This document shows positions 19,466 to 29,749 of a stretch of DNA of 64,000 bases, piece after piece. A program made the position numbers and the translations under genes. Position 1 is the first letter of the stretch. Every line of letters starts with the position of its first letter. The stretch is from an uncultured Eubacterium sp. GTDB lineage: Bacteria; Bacillota; Clostridia; Oscillospirales; Acutalibacteraceae. The notes under the pieces were generated by a model. The model was not told the origin of the DNA, ran no database searches, and worked only from the letters and a program-made list of their open reading frames with translations. The stretch is from NCBI RefSeq assembly GCF_900539325.1, contig NZ_UQCC01000003.1; one strand, given 5' to 3'.

Positions 19466-19554
19466 TTTAGTAGTCCCTCTCTGACATAATATTAGAATGA
19501 GTATTAATTATACCATAAAACAACAAAAAATACAACTAAAATATTTTTCCTCGG

Positions 19555-19583
19555 TTGACAAAAATATACCAATGTTGTAAAAT
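19555..19583 (+). promoter_or_regulatory. Putative sigma-A promoter for azlCD (TTGACA-N17-TAAAAT).
   Basis: Exact -35 at 19555-19560. Confidence 0.5.
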
Positions 19584-19639
19584 CATTTTGCTTTATATAA
19601 ATATACAGTATTCTGCTGTTGAGAGGGATAAAATTAATA

Positions 19640-20350
19640 ATGAATTACAACAAAACAAAGACGGTAAAATTTGCATTTAAAATGTCTTTGCCCGTTTTGT
19701 TCGGATACCTGTTTTTAGGTTCGGCTTTTGGCATTTCTTTGTTTGAAATCGGCTACAACTGGGTTTGGGCGATTGTTATTTCGCTTCTTGTATATGCCGG
19801 CTCGGGTCAATTCTTGCTCGTGTCAATGATTGGTTCGAGAGCAAATCTTGCAAACATTGCAATAATGACATTTTTTGTAAATTCACGCCATATTTTTTAC
19901 GGACTGAGTTTTATAGAAAAGTTCAGAAGCTACGGTTGGAGATACCCGTCGCTTATTTTTTCGCTTACAGACGAAACATACGGGGTTAACACATCGTTTA
20001 ACACTGTACCGAAAGGTGTTAACGAAGGCGATGCAAGATTTTTAATAGGAATATTCGACCACGCATATTGGATAATCGGTTCTGTCATCGGCAACCTTGC
20101 GGGTCAGCTGATAAAAATCGACTTTACTGGTATAGATTTTTCAATGACTGCGTTATTTGTGGTTATTTTCCTTGACCAAATTCTTGCTTCAAAATCCAAA
20201 CTTCCGGGATTTCTCGGTATAGTATGTGCACTTATTTGCCTGTTTATTTTCGGACCGGACAAGTTTTTGCTTCCGAGCCTAATAGTTACGGTGTCGCTTC
20301 TTCTTGCGTTTAAGCCGTTGCTGTCGGGTGACAAAAAGGAGGTAAAATAA
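19640..20350 (+). CDS. azlC: Branched-chain amino acid exporter, large subunit AzlC.
   Basis: AzlC-like membrane protein. RBS GAGAGGGA before the ATG at 19640. The track start at 19619 is a TTG. Confidence 0.8.
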   Translation: MNYNKTKTVKFAFKMSLPVLFGYLFLGSAFGISLFEIGYNWVWAIVISLLVYAGSGQFLLVSMIGSRANLANIAIMTFFVNSRHIFYGLSFIEKFRSYGWRYPSLIFSLTDETYGVNTSFNTVPKGVNEGDARFLIGIFDHAYWIIGSVIGNLAGQLIKIDFTGIDFSMTALFVVIFLDQILASKSKLPGFLGIVCALICLFIFGPDKFLLPSLIVTVSLLLAFKPLLSGDKKEVK

Positions 20351-20679
20351 TGCTTTCTACATCTCAAATGCTCATCACCGTACTTGTTGCCGGTGCCGTT
20401 ACATTTGCAACAAGATTGATTCCGTTTGCCGCTTTCGGTAAACGAGAGGTGCCGAAAATCGTTAAATACCTCGGCGACATTATGCCGCCTGCAATAATAG
20501 GAATACTGATTATTTATTGCATAAAGGACGGATACACATTTGATGTGAACACACTTGCACCGCAACTGATTGCAATTACACTGACTGTAATTGTACATTT
20601 GTGGAAGCGTAACACGCTCATCAGCATATCGGTCGGCACAATCTCGTATATGTTGCTAATCCACTACATATTTATATAA
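20350..20679 (+). CDS. azlD: Branched-chain amino acid exporter, small subunit AzlD.
   Basis: 109-aa hydrophobic protein overlapping the azlC stop (ATGA). Confidence 0.8.
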   Translation: MLSTSQMLITVLVAGAVTFATRLIPFAAFGKREVPKIVKYLGDIMPPAIIGILIIYCIKDGYTFDVNTLAPQLIAITLTVIVHLWKRNTLISISVGTISYMLLIHYIFI

Positions 20680-20682
20680 CAA

Positions 20683-20712
20683 AAGGACTTGCTCAATCGA
20701 GCAAGTCCTTAT
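20683..20712. terminator. Bidirectional terminator hairpin aaggacttgctc/gagcaagtcctt.
   Basis: 12-bp perfect stem between the convergent azlD and MATE genes. Confidence 0.75.
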
Positions 20713-22045
20713 TTTTATATATCTTTTTGAACGCCGAAACAAAAGACATTGTTATAAATATTGCGCAAAAAACCCAGCTTATCGGCTCGGCACAAGCTAT
20801 ACCCTTATAACCGAACGGCTTTGCGATGAAAAATGCGGCAAACACTTTTGAGAGCAATTCTATTGAACTCGATACAAGCGGTGCAATCCTTTTACCTATG
20901 CCCTGAATTGCCGTACGCATAACATACAGTACTCCGAGAGCCGGAAAAAACGGCATATTAATATACAAATATGTTTTTGCCGTGTTGACAATCTCTTTGT
21001 TTTGCGTGGAGGTGACAAAGTTAATCATCTGTGTGCAAAAAGCATAAACCAAAACAATAAATATACCCGACATTACAAACTCCGACACAATCGATGATGT
21101 GACGGCTTTTTTTATTCTGTCTGTTTTGCCGGCACCAAAGTTTTGGCTGACAAAAGTTGAGCATGCAGTAGAAACGGTAATCATAGGTTGCATAAATAGT
21201 TCAACAATTTTGCGTGCGGCAAGATGGCCTGCAATAACCGTCTTGCCCAATCCGTTGATTGCACTTTGCAAAATAAGCGAACCGATTGCAAAAATACAGT
21301 TCATCATTGCCATTGTAATACCTGCCGAAAGCATTTCTTTGTAAAGAGGCGGATTAAAGGCATAGTTTTCTTTGGAAGTTTTGTACTTTTTATAAGACTT
21401 TACAATGGAAATTTGGCACAAAACGCAAGATATAAGCTGACTGACAACAGTTGCCAATGCAGTTCCTTTTACGCCCATTCCAAACACCTTAATAAACAGC
21501 ACATCAAGACCGATATTGCAAACGCTTGACACCACCAAAAACACAATAGGTGTAACGCTGTTGCCGAGTGCACGGAGAAGATTTGCCTGTGCATTATAGC
21601 AAGCCATAACACCTGCACCGAGATAAACCGTAAATATATATGAAAACGCATTAGTCATAATTTTATCAGGCGTTTTGAGGAGCACCAGTGCCGGCTTGAG
21701 CAACACAAACGACAAAAGGACGGCGACAACCGACAACACCGTATTCATCACAACGGTTGCGGCTATGCTGTTTTTTAATTTTTCATCATCCTTTTCACCG
21801 AAAAAGCGTGCGATGATCAATGAAAACCCGCCGTTAAGCCCGCCGATAAAATACATCAAAAGCGAAAACAACGAACTGCTTGCACCGATTGCAGACAATG
21901 CGTCATCACCCAAGAAATATCCTGCTATTGCCGTATCGGCAAGATTATATGCCTGCTGAAAAATATTACCTAAAAATATAGGAAGTGCAAAAAGCAAAAT
22001 TGATTTTGTAACACTTCCGTGCGTCATATCAATATTTTTCTTCAT
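20693..22045 (-). CDS. MATE family multidrug/Na+ efflux transporter.
   Basis: 450 aa, 12 TMs. N-terminus SILLFALPIFLGNIFQQAYNLADTAIAG is typical of MatE. Confidence 0.9.
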   Translation of the reverse strand: MKKNIDMTHGSVTKSILLFALPIFLGNIFQQAYNLADTAIAGYFLGDDALSAIGASSSLFSLLMYFIGGLNGGFSLIIARFFGEKDDEKLKNSIAATVVMNTVLSVVAVLLSFVLLKPALVLLKTPDKIMTNAFSYIFTVYLGAGVMACYNAQANLLRALGNSVTPIVFLVVSSVCNIGLDVLFIKVFGMGVKGTALATVVSQLISCVLCQISIVKSYKKYKTSKENYAFNPPLYKEMLSAGITMAMMNCIFAIGSLILQSAINGLGKTVIAGHLAARKIVELFMQPMITVSTACSTFVSQNFGAGKTDRIKKAVTSSIVSEFVMSGIFIVLVYAFCTQMINFVTSTQNKEIVNTAKTYLYINMPFFPALGVLYVMRTAIQGIGKRIAPLVSSSIELLSKVFAAFFIAKPFGYKGIACAEPISWVFCAIFITMSFVSAFKKIYKNKDLLD

Positions 22046-23415
22046 TATTCAATAACCACCGTAACAATAGAGTCGGAACCGATTTCTATTTGATTTTTAA
22101 ATTCGCCGTTGTAGACTTCTTTAAGTTCCTCGTCTTGCACAGAAGCAATAATCTGCATTTTATCAAAATCGCCGTCAACGGTAATGCTTTGACTTTCGCC
22201 CTCATTTACGGCAACAAGCACGGTTTTGTTATCGGGAGTCAAAAACGCAAACACATTAAAATCGTTGTTATCCTCGCTCGGTCTGAAGCCTAAATCAAGC
22301 ACAACGGAACCAACGGGAACAAATTTTGAAAAATGGGCAAAGCCGTAATATCTTTTTGCCACATACCAATCGGAAAAATCAAAGTCGGCGGTAATCATAG
22401 CGTCCGAATAATCAAATTCGTCCTCTTTAATCGAGAAATTATTAACGGCAACCCAAGAGGTCCAGCTGACGCAACCGGAATAAACAATATCCTGACCGAT
22501 AATTCTCGCCGTTATAAGTGCTCCCTTAAAATCTTTTGTGTGGCTTTTGTTAGGAAGTTCACACCATTCGCTCATATCAAAACGAAGCGACGAATGAGTA
22601 TCTACGCACAGTTCCTTAAACTCATATCTTTCCTCCGGTCGGTTATCGCTGTGATAAGAATGAACTGCAAAAACATCAAGCACCCTCATTATCATCTCAT
22701 CAGCTGTCAGTGCTGCAAGATATTCGGGAGTTTTACCGAGATACTGTCCGCTTTCGGGTCCGTAAAGTTTGACCGGCATATCCCTCAAAATTATCTCCTC
22801 GGCGAACATACGTAAAATCTCAACAAGTTCCTCGGTTTCATAATGGCAACCCTCCTGCCAAACAGAAGAACCGCCCCACTTCCATTGCGGCTCGTTAATC
22901 GGACTGATGTACTTTACGGGATAGCCCTCATCAAGAAAATGCTGTGCAACATCAAGAATGTAATTAACAAACTTTTTGTAGTTCATTTTCGGTATATTGC
23001 AGGTGCTGTAAAGAAAACTTCCCGAAGCCTGACCCGTTGAACACTGCGAATAGTGCGGTGAGTTTGCAAACAAAATCAAAGTGTCGATATTGCCGAGTTC
23101 AAGCGACTTTTTCATCATATTAACAGCATTTGAATCTTTTGAAAAATCCCAGCTGAGTTCTTCGGTTTCTCTGTCATATTGCAAAAAGCTTTCTGTAATT
23201 CTCCACGGATTTTCAACTCTATAATTATTCATATCGGTACCGCCGCCGATATTATAGCGATATATATTAAGATTAAGCCCGTCATTACCATAAAGCAAGT
23301 GTGCGATTTTATCAGCAGTTTCGCCTTTTGGGCAAGCCTGACTCCACCAACAGGCAGAAGTTCCCCAGCCTTTTAAGGTATGACATTTTTCAGCATCTTT
23401 AAAATTTATTTCCAT
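22045..23415 (-). CDS. Glycoside hydrolase, probably family 30. Cytoplasmic (no signal peptide).
   Basis: RBS GGAGA plus ATG at 23415 (MEINFKDAEKCHTLKGWGTSACWWSQ). The track ORF begins 94 codons upstream at an alternative start. GH30-like W-rich TIM-barrel motifs. The stop overlaps the MATE start. Confidence 0.55.
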   Translation of the reverse strand: MEINFKDAEKCHTLKGWGTSACWWSQACPKGETADKIAHLLYGNDGLNLNIYRYNIGGGTDMNNYRVENPWRITESFLQYDRETEELSWDFSKDSNAVNMMKKSLELGNIDTLILFANSPHYSQCSTGQASGSFLYSTCNIPKMNYKKFVNYILDVAQHFLDEGYPVKYISPINEPQWKWGGSSVWQEGCHYETEELVEILRMFAEEIILRDMPVKLYGPESGQYLGKTPEYLAALTADEMIMRVLDVFAVHSYHSDNRPEERYEFKELCVDTHSSLRFDMSEWCELPNKSHTKDFKGALITARIIGQDIVYSGCVSWTSWVAVNNFSIKEDEFDYSDAMITADFDFSDWYVAKRYYGFAHFSKFVPVGSVVLDLGFRPSEDNNDFNVFAFLTPDNKTVLVAVNEGESQSITVDGDFDKMQIIASVQDEELKEVYNGEFKNQIEIGSDSIVTVVIE

Positions 23416-23536
23416 ATTATCTCCTTTGCCGCAAAACAATACAATTACAAAGACAGTATAATTTTTACATAATAAAATGTCAATTAAAATAGACAAATTA
23501 ATAAAAACTTTGTATAATGAACATATGGAATATAAA

Positions 23537-24346
23537 ATGATAGGTTTGGATTTGGACGGAACTTTGCTCAAAGACGACAAATCCATAGACACAAAAACAA
23601 AAGAATATCTCGAAACGCTTTCTTCAAACGGCGTACACATCGTACCGATTACAGGCAGACCGCTCAGCGGAATACCCGACTGTGTACGAAACATCAAAGG
23701 TGTTGACTATATTATTTCTAACAACGGCTCAAAAACCGTTTTGAATTCTACAAACGAAACACTCTTTTCACTTGCAATGGACAACGCAACAAGCAAAAAG
23801 GTTATTGAATCCGTTAAACAGACAGGTGCGATTTTTGAAGTGTTTTTAAATCACTACGGCTACTGTGAAAAATTTGTTTTCGACCATTACAAAGAGGTTT
23901 ACACGGGCACTGTGCTTGGCGACTACATTTTTTCATCACGAAAACAAGTTGACAGTCTTATGACCTTGTTTGATGACAAAAACGCAGAAGCTGACGAAGT
24001 TTTTATAATCTGCAAAGACAATGACGACAGAGAAATAATAAAAGCGCAGACCGACAAAATAAGCGGTATTCAATATTGTATGCTTGCCGACAGATTTTTG
24101 GAAATTACCAAAAACGGAACGGACAAAGGCACTGCTCTTGAAATGCTGTGCAATCATCTGAAAATCAAGCTCGACAAAGTAATCGCATTTGGCGACGGCG
24201 AAAACGATTTGCAATTTTTGAACAAAGCCGGCACAGCAGTTGCAATGGGCAACGCATCCGACAGCGTAAAAGCCCAAGCAGATATAATCACCGACACCAA
24301 CAACAACCAAGGCGTGCTGAAAGCATTAAAAAACCTTATAAGATAA
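23537..24346 (+). CDS. Cof-type HAD-IIB sugar phosphatase.
   Basis: MIGLDLDGTLL DxDGT motif and a C-terminal GDGENDLQFL motif. A TAGACA-N17-TATAAT promoter at 23490-23518 lies inside the longer track ORF, so I call the start at 23537 (possibly 23525). Confidence 0.8.
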   Translation: MIGLDLDGTLLKDDKSIDTKTKEYLETLSSNGVHIVPITGRPLSGIPDCVRNIKGVDYIISNNGSKTVLNSTNETLFSLAMDNATSKKVIESVKQTGAIFEVFLNHYGYCEKFVFDHYKEVYTGTVLGDYIFSSRKQVDSLMTLFDDKNAEADEVFIICKDNDDREIIKAQTDKISGIQYCMLADRFLEITKNGTDKGTALEMLCNHLKIKLDKVIAFGDGENDLQFLNKAGTAVAMGNASDSVKAQADIITDTNNNQGVLKALKNLIR

Positions 24347-24351
24347 CAAAT

Positions 24352-24385
24352 AAACCGTAAGGACAGATACAATCCTTACGGTTAT
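24352..24385. terminator. Bidirectional terminator hairpin aaccgtaagga/tccttacggtt.
   Basis: 11-bp stem plus T-runs, between the convergent Cof and gltB genes. Confidence 0.75.
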
Positions 24386-24402
24386 TTTTATATAAACATA
24401 TA

Positions 24403-25134
24403 TTAATTAGGCGTATAAAGGTTTGCATACGGTCGGGAAGATGCCGGAGCAAGCTTTTTGAAAGGCTTTGACATAATCTCATCATAGTCCTTATCAAAAT
24501 ACTTGCAATACTTTTTTACATATGTTTTAAGTTCTTTTTCGTCATCTTTTGTAAGCGACTCCACATTAATGTTAGGTGCAAGGTTTTCCTTTGGAACTTT
24601 GCCTCTGACAAAAATCTTGCCGCCGTGCATACCCGACGCACAGTGAGTGCCGAACAACTTTTCTCCCCTTTTCATATTAAGACCGAGGAGAACGATTGTG
24701 CCCCCTGCCATATACTCACCGAGAAACGAGCCTGCATTTTCGCCGATAACAAGAACAGGACGCATCTGCCTGAACTCTTTCATATGAATACCGCCACGGC
24801 ACGCAACATTGTCCTTGATATAAATCTGACCGTCACGCATACCGTAACCCATAGCGTCACCGCTGTGACCGTGGACTACAATTTCACCGCCGCCCATCGT
24901 GTTGCCCACAGCGTCCTGACAGTTGCCGTAAACAACGATTCTGCCGCCGTTGAGATAGCAAGCCATATCATTGCCCGGTGTACCGTACACCTCAATGGTT
25001 TTGCCCTCATCAAGAGCACAGCCGATATATCTTTGACCGTTAACATCTTTAACGGTTGCCTTATTTTTCTTTTCTAATTCCTTTTTAATTTCGTCGTTAA
25101 CTTCTTCATAACGGCGAAGTCCTGCTTCTATCAT
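24403..25134 (-). CDS. Glutamate synthase GXGXG-domain subunit (archaeal-type GltB3, domain 4 of the large subunit).
   Basis: 243 aa. Repeated G-x-G-x-G beta-helix motifs (VYGNCQDAVGNTMGGGEIVVHGHSGDAMGYGM). Confidence 0.8.
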   Translation of the reverse strand: MIEAGLRRYEEVNDEIKKELEKKNKATVKDVNGQRYIGCALDEGKTIEVYGTPGNDMACYLNGGRIVVYGNCQDAVGNTMGGGEIVVHGHSGDAMGYGMRDGQIYIKDNVACRGGIHMKEFRQMRPVLVIGENAGSFLGEYMAGGTIVLLGLNMKRGEKLFGTHCASGMHGGKIFVRGKVPKENLAPNINVESLTKDDEKELKTYVKKYCKYFDKDYDEIMSKPFKKLAPASSRPYANLYTPN

Positions 25135-25146
25135 TGCAATCCCTCC

Positions 25147-26673
25147 TTATTCGCCTGCATGCTTGATACCGAGAATTTCCAATTCTTTATCAGAAAGTCC
25201 GATACCTCTGAGCATAAGTCTGTTGCCACGGAGAGAGTCGATAGAGTTGATACCCATACCGCCCATAATTTCCTTAATTTCGTGATTCCAAGCATTGATA
25301 AGATTTACTACTCTCTTGCTTGCAACCTTTGGGTCAAGACGCTTTGTAAGTTCGGGACGCTGAGTTGCGATACCCCAATTACATTTGCCTGTGTTACAGG
25401 TTTGGCACATATGACAACCCATTGCAATAAGAGCCGCCGAAGCAATATAGCAAGCATCCGCACCGAGAGCGATAGCCTTAACAATATCGCTTGAACAACG
25501 GAACGAACCGGAAGCTACAAGAGAAACCTCTGAACGAATACCCTCATCACGAAGTCTTTGATCTGCCGCCGCAAGTGCAAGTTCAAGCGGAATACCAACA
25601 TTGTCACGAATACGGGTAGGAGCGGCACCTGTACCGCCTCTGAAGCCGTCAATAACAACAATATCGGCACCGGCTCTTGCAACACCCGAAGCGATAGCCG
25701 CAATGTTATGAACAGCAGCAATTTTAACGGCAACGGGTTTTTGATTATTTGTAGCTTGTTTGAGCGACCAAATAAGCTGACGCAAGTCCTCGATAGAATA
25801 AATATCGTGGTGAGGAGCAGGAGAAATAGCGTCACTGCCCTCCGGAATCATACGGGCATTTGAAACCTCAACGGTTACTTTCTCGCCCGGAAGATGTCCG
25901 CCGATACCCGGCTTTGCACCCTGACCGATTTTTATTTCTATAAACTTTGAATTGTTAAGATAGTCCTTGTGAACACCGAATCTGCCCGATGCAACCTGAA
26001 CAACAGCATAATCCGTAAAATCTTCAAGTGCCGGATGCAAACCGCCCTCACCTGTGTTGAAAAGGCTTCCGATTTCCTTTGCAGCCATGGCAAGAGATTT
26101 TTGTGCATTAAGGCTGATTGAACCAAACGACATTGCCGAAAACATAATAGGTGTTTCAAGAACAACCTGAGGCGGCATTTCAGTAATTGATTTGCCCTTT
26201 TTTTCAACTTCTAACTTCTTTGGTTTTCTGCCCAAAATCGCACGGATTTCCATAGGCTCACGAAGCGGGTCGATTGACGGGTTTGTAACCTGAGAAGCGT
26301 TGAGCAAAATTTTATCCCAATAAATCGGATAATCCTGCGGATTGCCCATTGCAGACAAGAGGGTTGAACCCGTGCTTGCCTGACGGCAAATCTCCTGCTG
26401 ATAGCGAGGAGTCCAGTTTGCATTGTCACGATAATCGCAAACATATTTTTCTATGCGAAGTGCACCAACCGGGCACAAATCAACACATCTGTGGCAGGCA
26501 ACGCAACCGTTTGAATTTGAAATAACCGTCTTTTTGTCATCTGCAAAAAAGTGACATTCATTTGAGCACTGTGTTACACAAAGTCCGCAATTTGTACAAA
26601 GTGCCTTGTCACGAATAATATTAAAACGACGAGGAATATAATTGATTGCCATATCAGTATTCCTCCTTTTCAT
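25147..26673 (-). CDS. Glutamate synthase FMN-binding subunit with an N-terminal 2x[4Fe-4S] ferredoxin domain (archaeal-type GltB2).
   Basis: Two Cx2Cx2Cx3C(P) motifs (CTNCGLCVTQC and CVACHRCVDLCPVG) followed by a GltS FMN/Fe-S central-domain-like sequence (GEGG, Cys cluster CHMCQTCNTGKC). Confidence 0.85.
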   Translation of the reverse strand: MKRRNTDMAINYIPRRFNIIRDKALCTNCGLCVTQCSNECHFFADDKKTVISNSNGCVACHRCVDLCPVGALRIEKYVCDYRDNANWTPRYQQEICRQASTGSTLLSAMGNPQDYPIYWDKILLNASQVTNPSIDPLREPMEIRAILGRKPKKLEVEKKGKSITEMPPQVVLETPIMFSAMSFGSISLNAQKSLAMAAKEIGSLFNTGEGGLHPALEDFTDYAVVQVASGRFGVHKDYLNNSKFIEIKIGQGAKPGIGGHLPGEKVTVEVSNARMIPEGSDAISPAPHHDIYSIEDLRQLIWSLKQATNNQKPVAVKIAAVHNIAAIASGVARAGADIVVIDGFRGGTGAAPTRIRDNVGIPLELALAAADQRLRDEGIRSEVSLVASGSFRCSSDIVKAIALGADACYIASAALIAMGCHMCQTCNTGKCNWGIATQRPELTKRLDPKVASKRVVNLINAWNHEIKEIMGGMGINSIDSLRGNRLMLRGIGLSDKELEILGIKHAGE

Positions 26674-27754
26674 CTATTTCAAGAGGAACAAAAACAGGCT
26701 GTGCACCGCTGATTGACCAAACCTTTTCAGGGTCGGGACATACAACACGAATAGCCGATTCCTCGGAAGCAAAATACGCTCTGTCGCCCTTTGTAGCCGC
26801 CGTTAGCGAACGAAGCTTAAGTCTGTCGTTAATAGCCAAAAGTCCCTTATTTGAACCGAGGATAACCGAAAACGGGCCGTTAACAAGCGCACCGCTGTAA
26901 ATTGCACGAAGATTTGTAAAATATTCTTTTCTCTCGTCGTCCATACGGTCTATTTCGTCCCATTCCGGAGCCGTAAGTACATCAGCCGCAACATCCATAG
27001 GAAGCTCGTGGTGGCGAAGCAAGTGGTCAAACAGATATGTAATAACCTCTGTATCGGTTTGCATTGTACACTTATAACCGAACTGCTCAATATATCTTCT
27101 GTTTGCGTCATAAGACGAAATTTCACCGTTGTGAACGATTGACCAATCAAGAATGTTAAACGGATGAGCACCGCCCCACCAGCCCGGTGTATTGGTTGGA
27201 AATCTGCCGTGAGCCGTCCACAAATAGGCATCGTAATGGTCAAGCATAAAGAACTCGCCGACATCTTCGGGATAGCCTACCGCTTTGAAGCATCCCATAT
27301 TTTTACCCGATGAAAAGATGTAAGCACCTTCAAAATTTGCGTTTACCTTTGTAACGCACTGAACAACATATTCCTGCTCATCCATACGGGCATCACGCAT
27401 ACGAACTCTGTTCGGCTTGCCGAAATAACGCCAAATATCCGGTCCGTTTTCTATAGATTCCACCTTTTTTGTAGGAATTCTTTCCGCAACATCCACATTA
27501 AAGTGTTTAAAGAGATACTCCTCGCACTTTTGACGGGCATCCTTTGTGTCATAAAACACATGAAAAGCATAATCGTCCTTGTGGTCGGGATAAATTCCGT
27601 AAGCGGCAAATCCGCCGCCGAGACCGTTTGAACGGTCGTGCATTAATGCTATTGACTTGATAATTTCCGAACCGTTAATCGGGTTGCCTTTTTTATCAAT
27701 GATAGCCGCAATGGCACAACCGCTCGGAATTCTTACCTGTCCTTCCTTTAGCAT
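26654..27754 (-). CDS. Glutamate synthase glutamine amidotransferase subunit (class II GATase, archaeal-type GltB1).
   Basis: RBS AGGAGGGAAA plus ATG at 27754. PSGCAIAAII provides the Ntn catalytic Cys after a short propeptide. Overlaps the gltB2 start by 20 nt. Confidence 0.8.
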   Translation of the reverse strand: MLKEGQVRIPSGCAIAAIIDKKGNPINGSEIIKSIALMHDRSNGLGGGFAAYGIYPDHKDDYAFHVFYDTKDARQKCEEYLFKHFNVDVAERIPTKKVESIENGPDIWRYFGKPNRVRMRDARMDEQEYVVQCVTKVNANFEGAYIFSSGKNMGCFKAVGYPEDVGEFFMLDHYDAYLWTAHGRFPTNTPGWWGGAHPFNILDWSIVHNGEISSYDANRRYIEQFGYKCTMQTDTEVITYLFDHLLRHHELPMDVAADVLTAPEWDEIDRMDDERKEYFTNLRAIYSGALVNGPFSVILGSNKGLLAINDRLKLRSLTAATKGDRAYFASEESAIRVVCPDPEKVWSISGAQPVFVPLEIDEKEEY

Positions 27755-27989
27755 ACATTTCCCTCCTAAAAGCATTTATATATCTAAATATATTTTTATA
27801 ATACTACTATGAATTTTATTGTTCAACAGTATAAAAAAATTTTGTAAAATCCGAAAAAAATTAAATATTTTCCACCTTCGTTTTTATGAAATTATACAAA
27901 TAATTTGACAAAAAATTACAAGCAGGAGCAGTCAAAAAACAGATGTGTATTTCTGTCAAAAACTGTTCCTGCCGATTTTCTATTCCGAA

Positions 27990-29726
27990 TTATTCTCCTT
28001 GTAAAGCATCGTATCCTCTTTCTCCGGTACGAACCTTTACAACATCCTCAACATCGTAAACAAAGATTTTACCGTCGCCGATATTGCCGGTGTAAAGAAC
28101 CTTTCTTGCCGCTTCAATAACGGTTTCTACTGGAACAGCCGAAATAACCATTTCAAGCTTCATCTTAGGGTTGAGATTCATTTCTTCAATCTCGACACCA
28201 CGATATTTACGAATATGACCTTTTTGAACACCACAGCCCATAACATTTGTAACAGTCATACCCGTTACGCCGATAGCATTCATAGCCTCTTTGATTTCCT
28301 CAAACTTTGCAGGATTGAATATCATACATACCTTGCTGAGGGTCGGATTTTTTTCTGTTGTATATGTTTCAACAGGAACTGCCTTTTCAACCGGAGCAGA
28401 CGGAGGCATTACATCCATAGCCGGAATAGCCGATACGGCAGAGCCCGAAGCATAGCTTACAGCCGGCATAAAGTCTGCATAAGCCGACGGAAGATTGTGT
28501 TCTGTTGAGTCAAGACCCTTGATTTCCTCTTCTGCATCAACACGAAGGCCGACAGTCTTTTTGATAATAAGGAATGTGATTGTGATTGTTACCGCAGTCC
28601 AAGCAGCAACGGCAACAAAACCCAAAAGCTGAATACCGAGTTGCTTAAATCCGCCGCCGTAGAAAAGACCCTTGCCTACACCGTCGGCGCCTGTTGAGAA
28701 CAAACCTACTGCGATTGTACCCCAAACACCGTTTGCACAGTGAACGGCAACAGCACCTACAGGGTCGTCAATATGGAGCTTTTTGTCAAGAAGTTCTACA
28801 ACCAAAACTACAAGAATACCTGATACAGCACCGATTACAATAGAACCTGTAGCATCAACGCAGTCGCAAGGAGCGGTAACTGCTACAAGACCCGCAAGAG
28901 AGCCGTTGAGTGACATTGAAACATCAGGAGCACCGTCCTTAATCCATGTGAAAATCATTGTTACACAAGTGGCAACGGCAGGAGCCATTGTTGTGGTAAG
29001 GAAGATTGAAGCGAGTGTTTTGGTATCCGTTGCGGCAGCACCGTTAAAGCCGTACCATCCGAACCAAAGGATGAATACACCGAGTGCACCGAGAGTCAAC
29101 GAGTGACCCGGAATAGCCTTTGCTTTGAGCTTGCCTGTTTTCTTATCCTTTACATACTTGCCGATACGAGGACCGAGGAAAGCCGCACCGATAAGAGCTG
29201 AAATGCCGCCTACCATATGAATTGCGGTTGAACCTGCGTAATCGTGGAAGCCCATTTGTGCAAGCCAGCCCTGCGAATTCCAAATCCAACCTGCCTCAAT
29301 CGGATAAATAACTGCCGAGATAACGCCCGAATAAATACAATACGAAATGAACTTTGTACGCTCTGCCATTGCACCTGAAACGATTGTAGCCGCAGTAGCA
29401 CAAAATACAAGGTTAAATACAAACACAGGCCAATTACCGGAACTACCTGCGTAATCGGTGAGCAAACCGAGGGTAGGAAGCCCGAACAAACCGCCGATGT
29501 ATTCCTCGCCCATCATAAGACCGAAGCCTAAAACAATAAACGCAACCGCACCGATACAAAAATCCATCAGGTTTTTCATAATAATGTTACCTGCGTTTTT
29601 AGCACGGGTAAAGCCGCTTTCTACCATTGCAAAGCCGCATTGCATAAAGAATACCAATGCCGCACCTATCATATACCACACCCCATAAACATTATCGGAT
29701 ATGGCCGTCATTATTGAATCTGTCAT
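27990..29726 (-). CDS. amt: Ammonium transporter (Amt) with a C-terminal fused PII (GlnK/GlnB) nitrogen-regulatory domain.
   Basis: 578 aa. 11-TM Amt core, a roughly 50-aa linker, then a clear PII domain (MIFNPAKFEEIKEAMNAIGVTGMTVTNVMGCGVQKGH...IGDGKIFVYDVEDVVKVRTGE). RBS GGAGGAGAG. Confidence 0.9.
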   Translation of the reverse strand: MTDSIMTAISDNVYGVWYMIGAALVFFMQCGFAMVESGFTRAKNAGNIIMKNLMDFCIGAVAFIVLGFGLMMGEEYIGGLFGLPTLGLLTDYAGSSGNWPVFVFNLVFCATAATIVSGAMAERTKFISYCIYSGVISAVIYPIEAGWIWNSQGWLAQMGFHDYAGSTAIHMVGGISALIGAAFLGPRIGKYVKDKKTGKLKAKAIPGHSLTLGALGVFILWFGWYGFNGAAATDTKTLASIFLTTTMAPAVATCVTMIFTWIKDGAPDVSMSLNGSLAGLVAVTAPCDCVDATGSIVIGAVSGILVVLVVELLDKKLHIDDPVGAVAVHCANGVWGTIAVGLFSTGADGVGKGLFYGGGFKQLGIQLLGFVAVAAWTAVTITITFLIIKKTVGLRVDAEEEIKGLDSTEHNLPSAYADFMPAVSYASGSAVSAIPAMDVMPPSAPVEKAVPVETYTTEKNPTLSKVCMIFNPAKFEEIKEAMNAIGVTGMTVTNVMGCGVQKGHIRKYRGVEIEEMNLNPKMKLEMVISAVPVETVIEAARKVLYTGNIGDGKIFVYDVEDVVKVRTGERGYDALQGE

Positions 29727-29749
29727 ATTTCTCTCCTCCTATATTTTGT

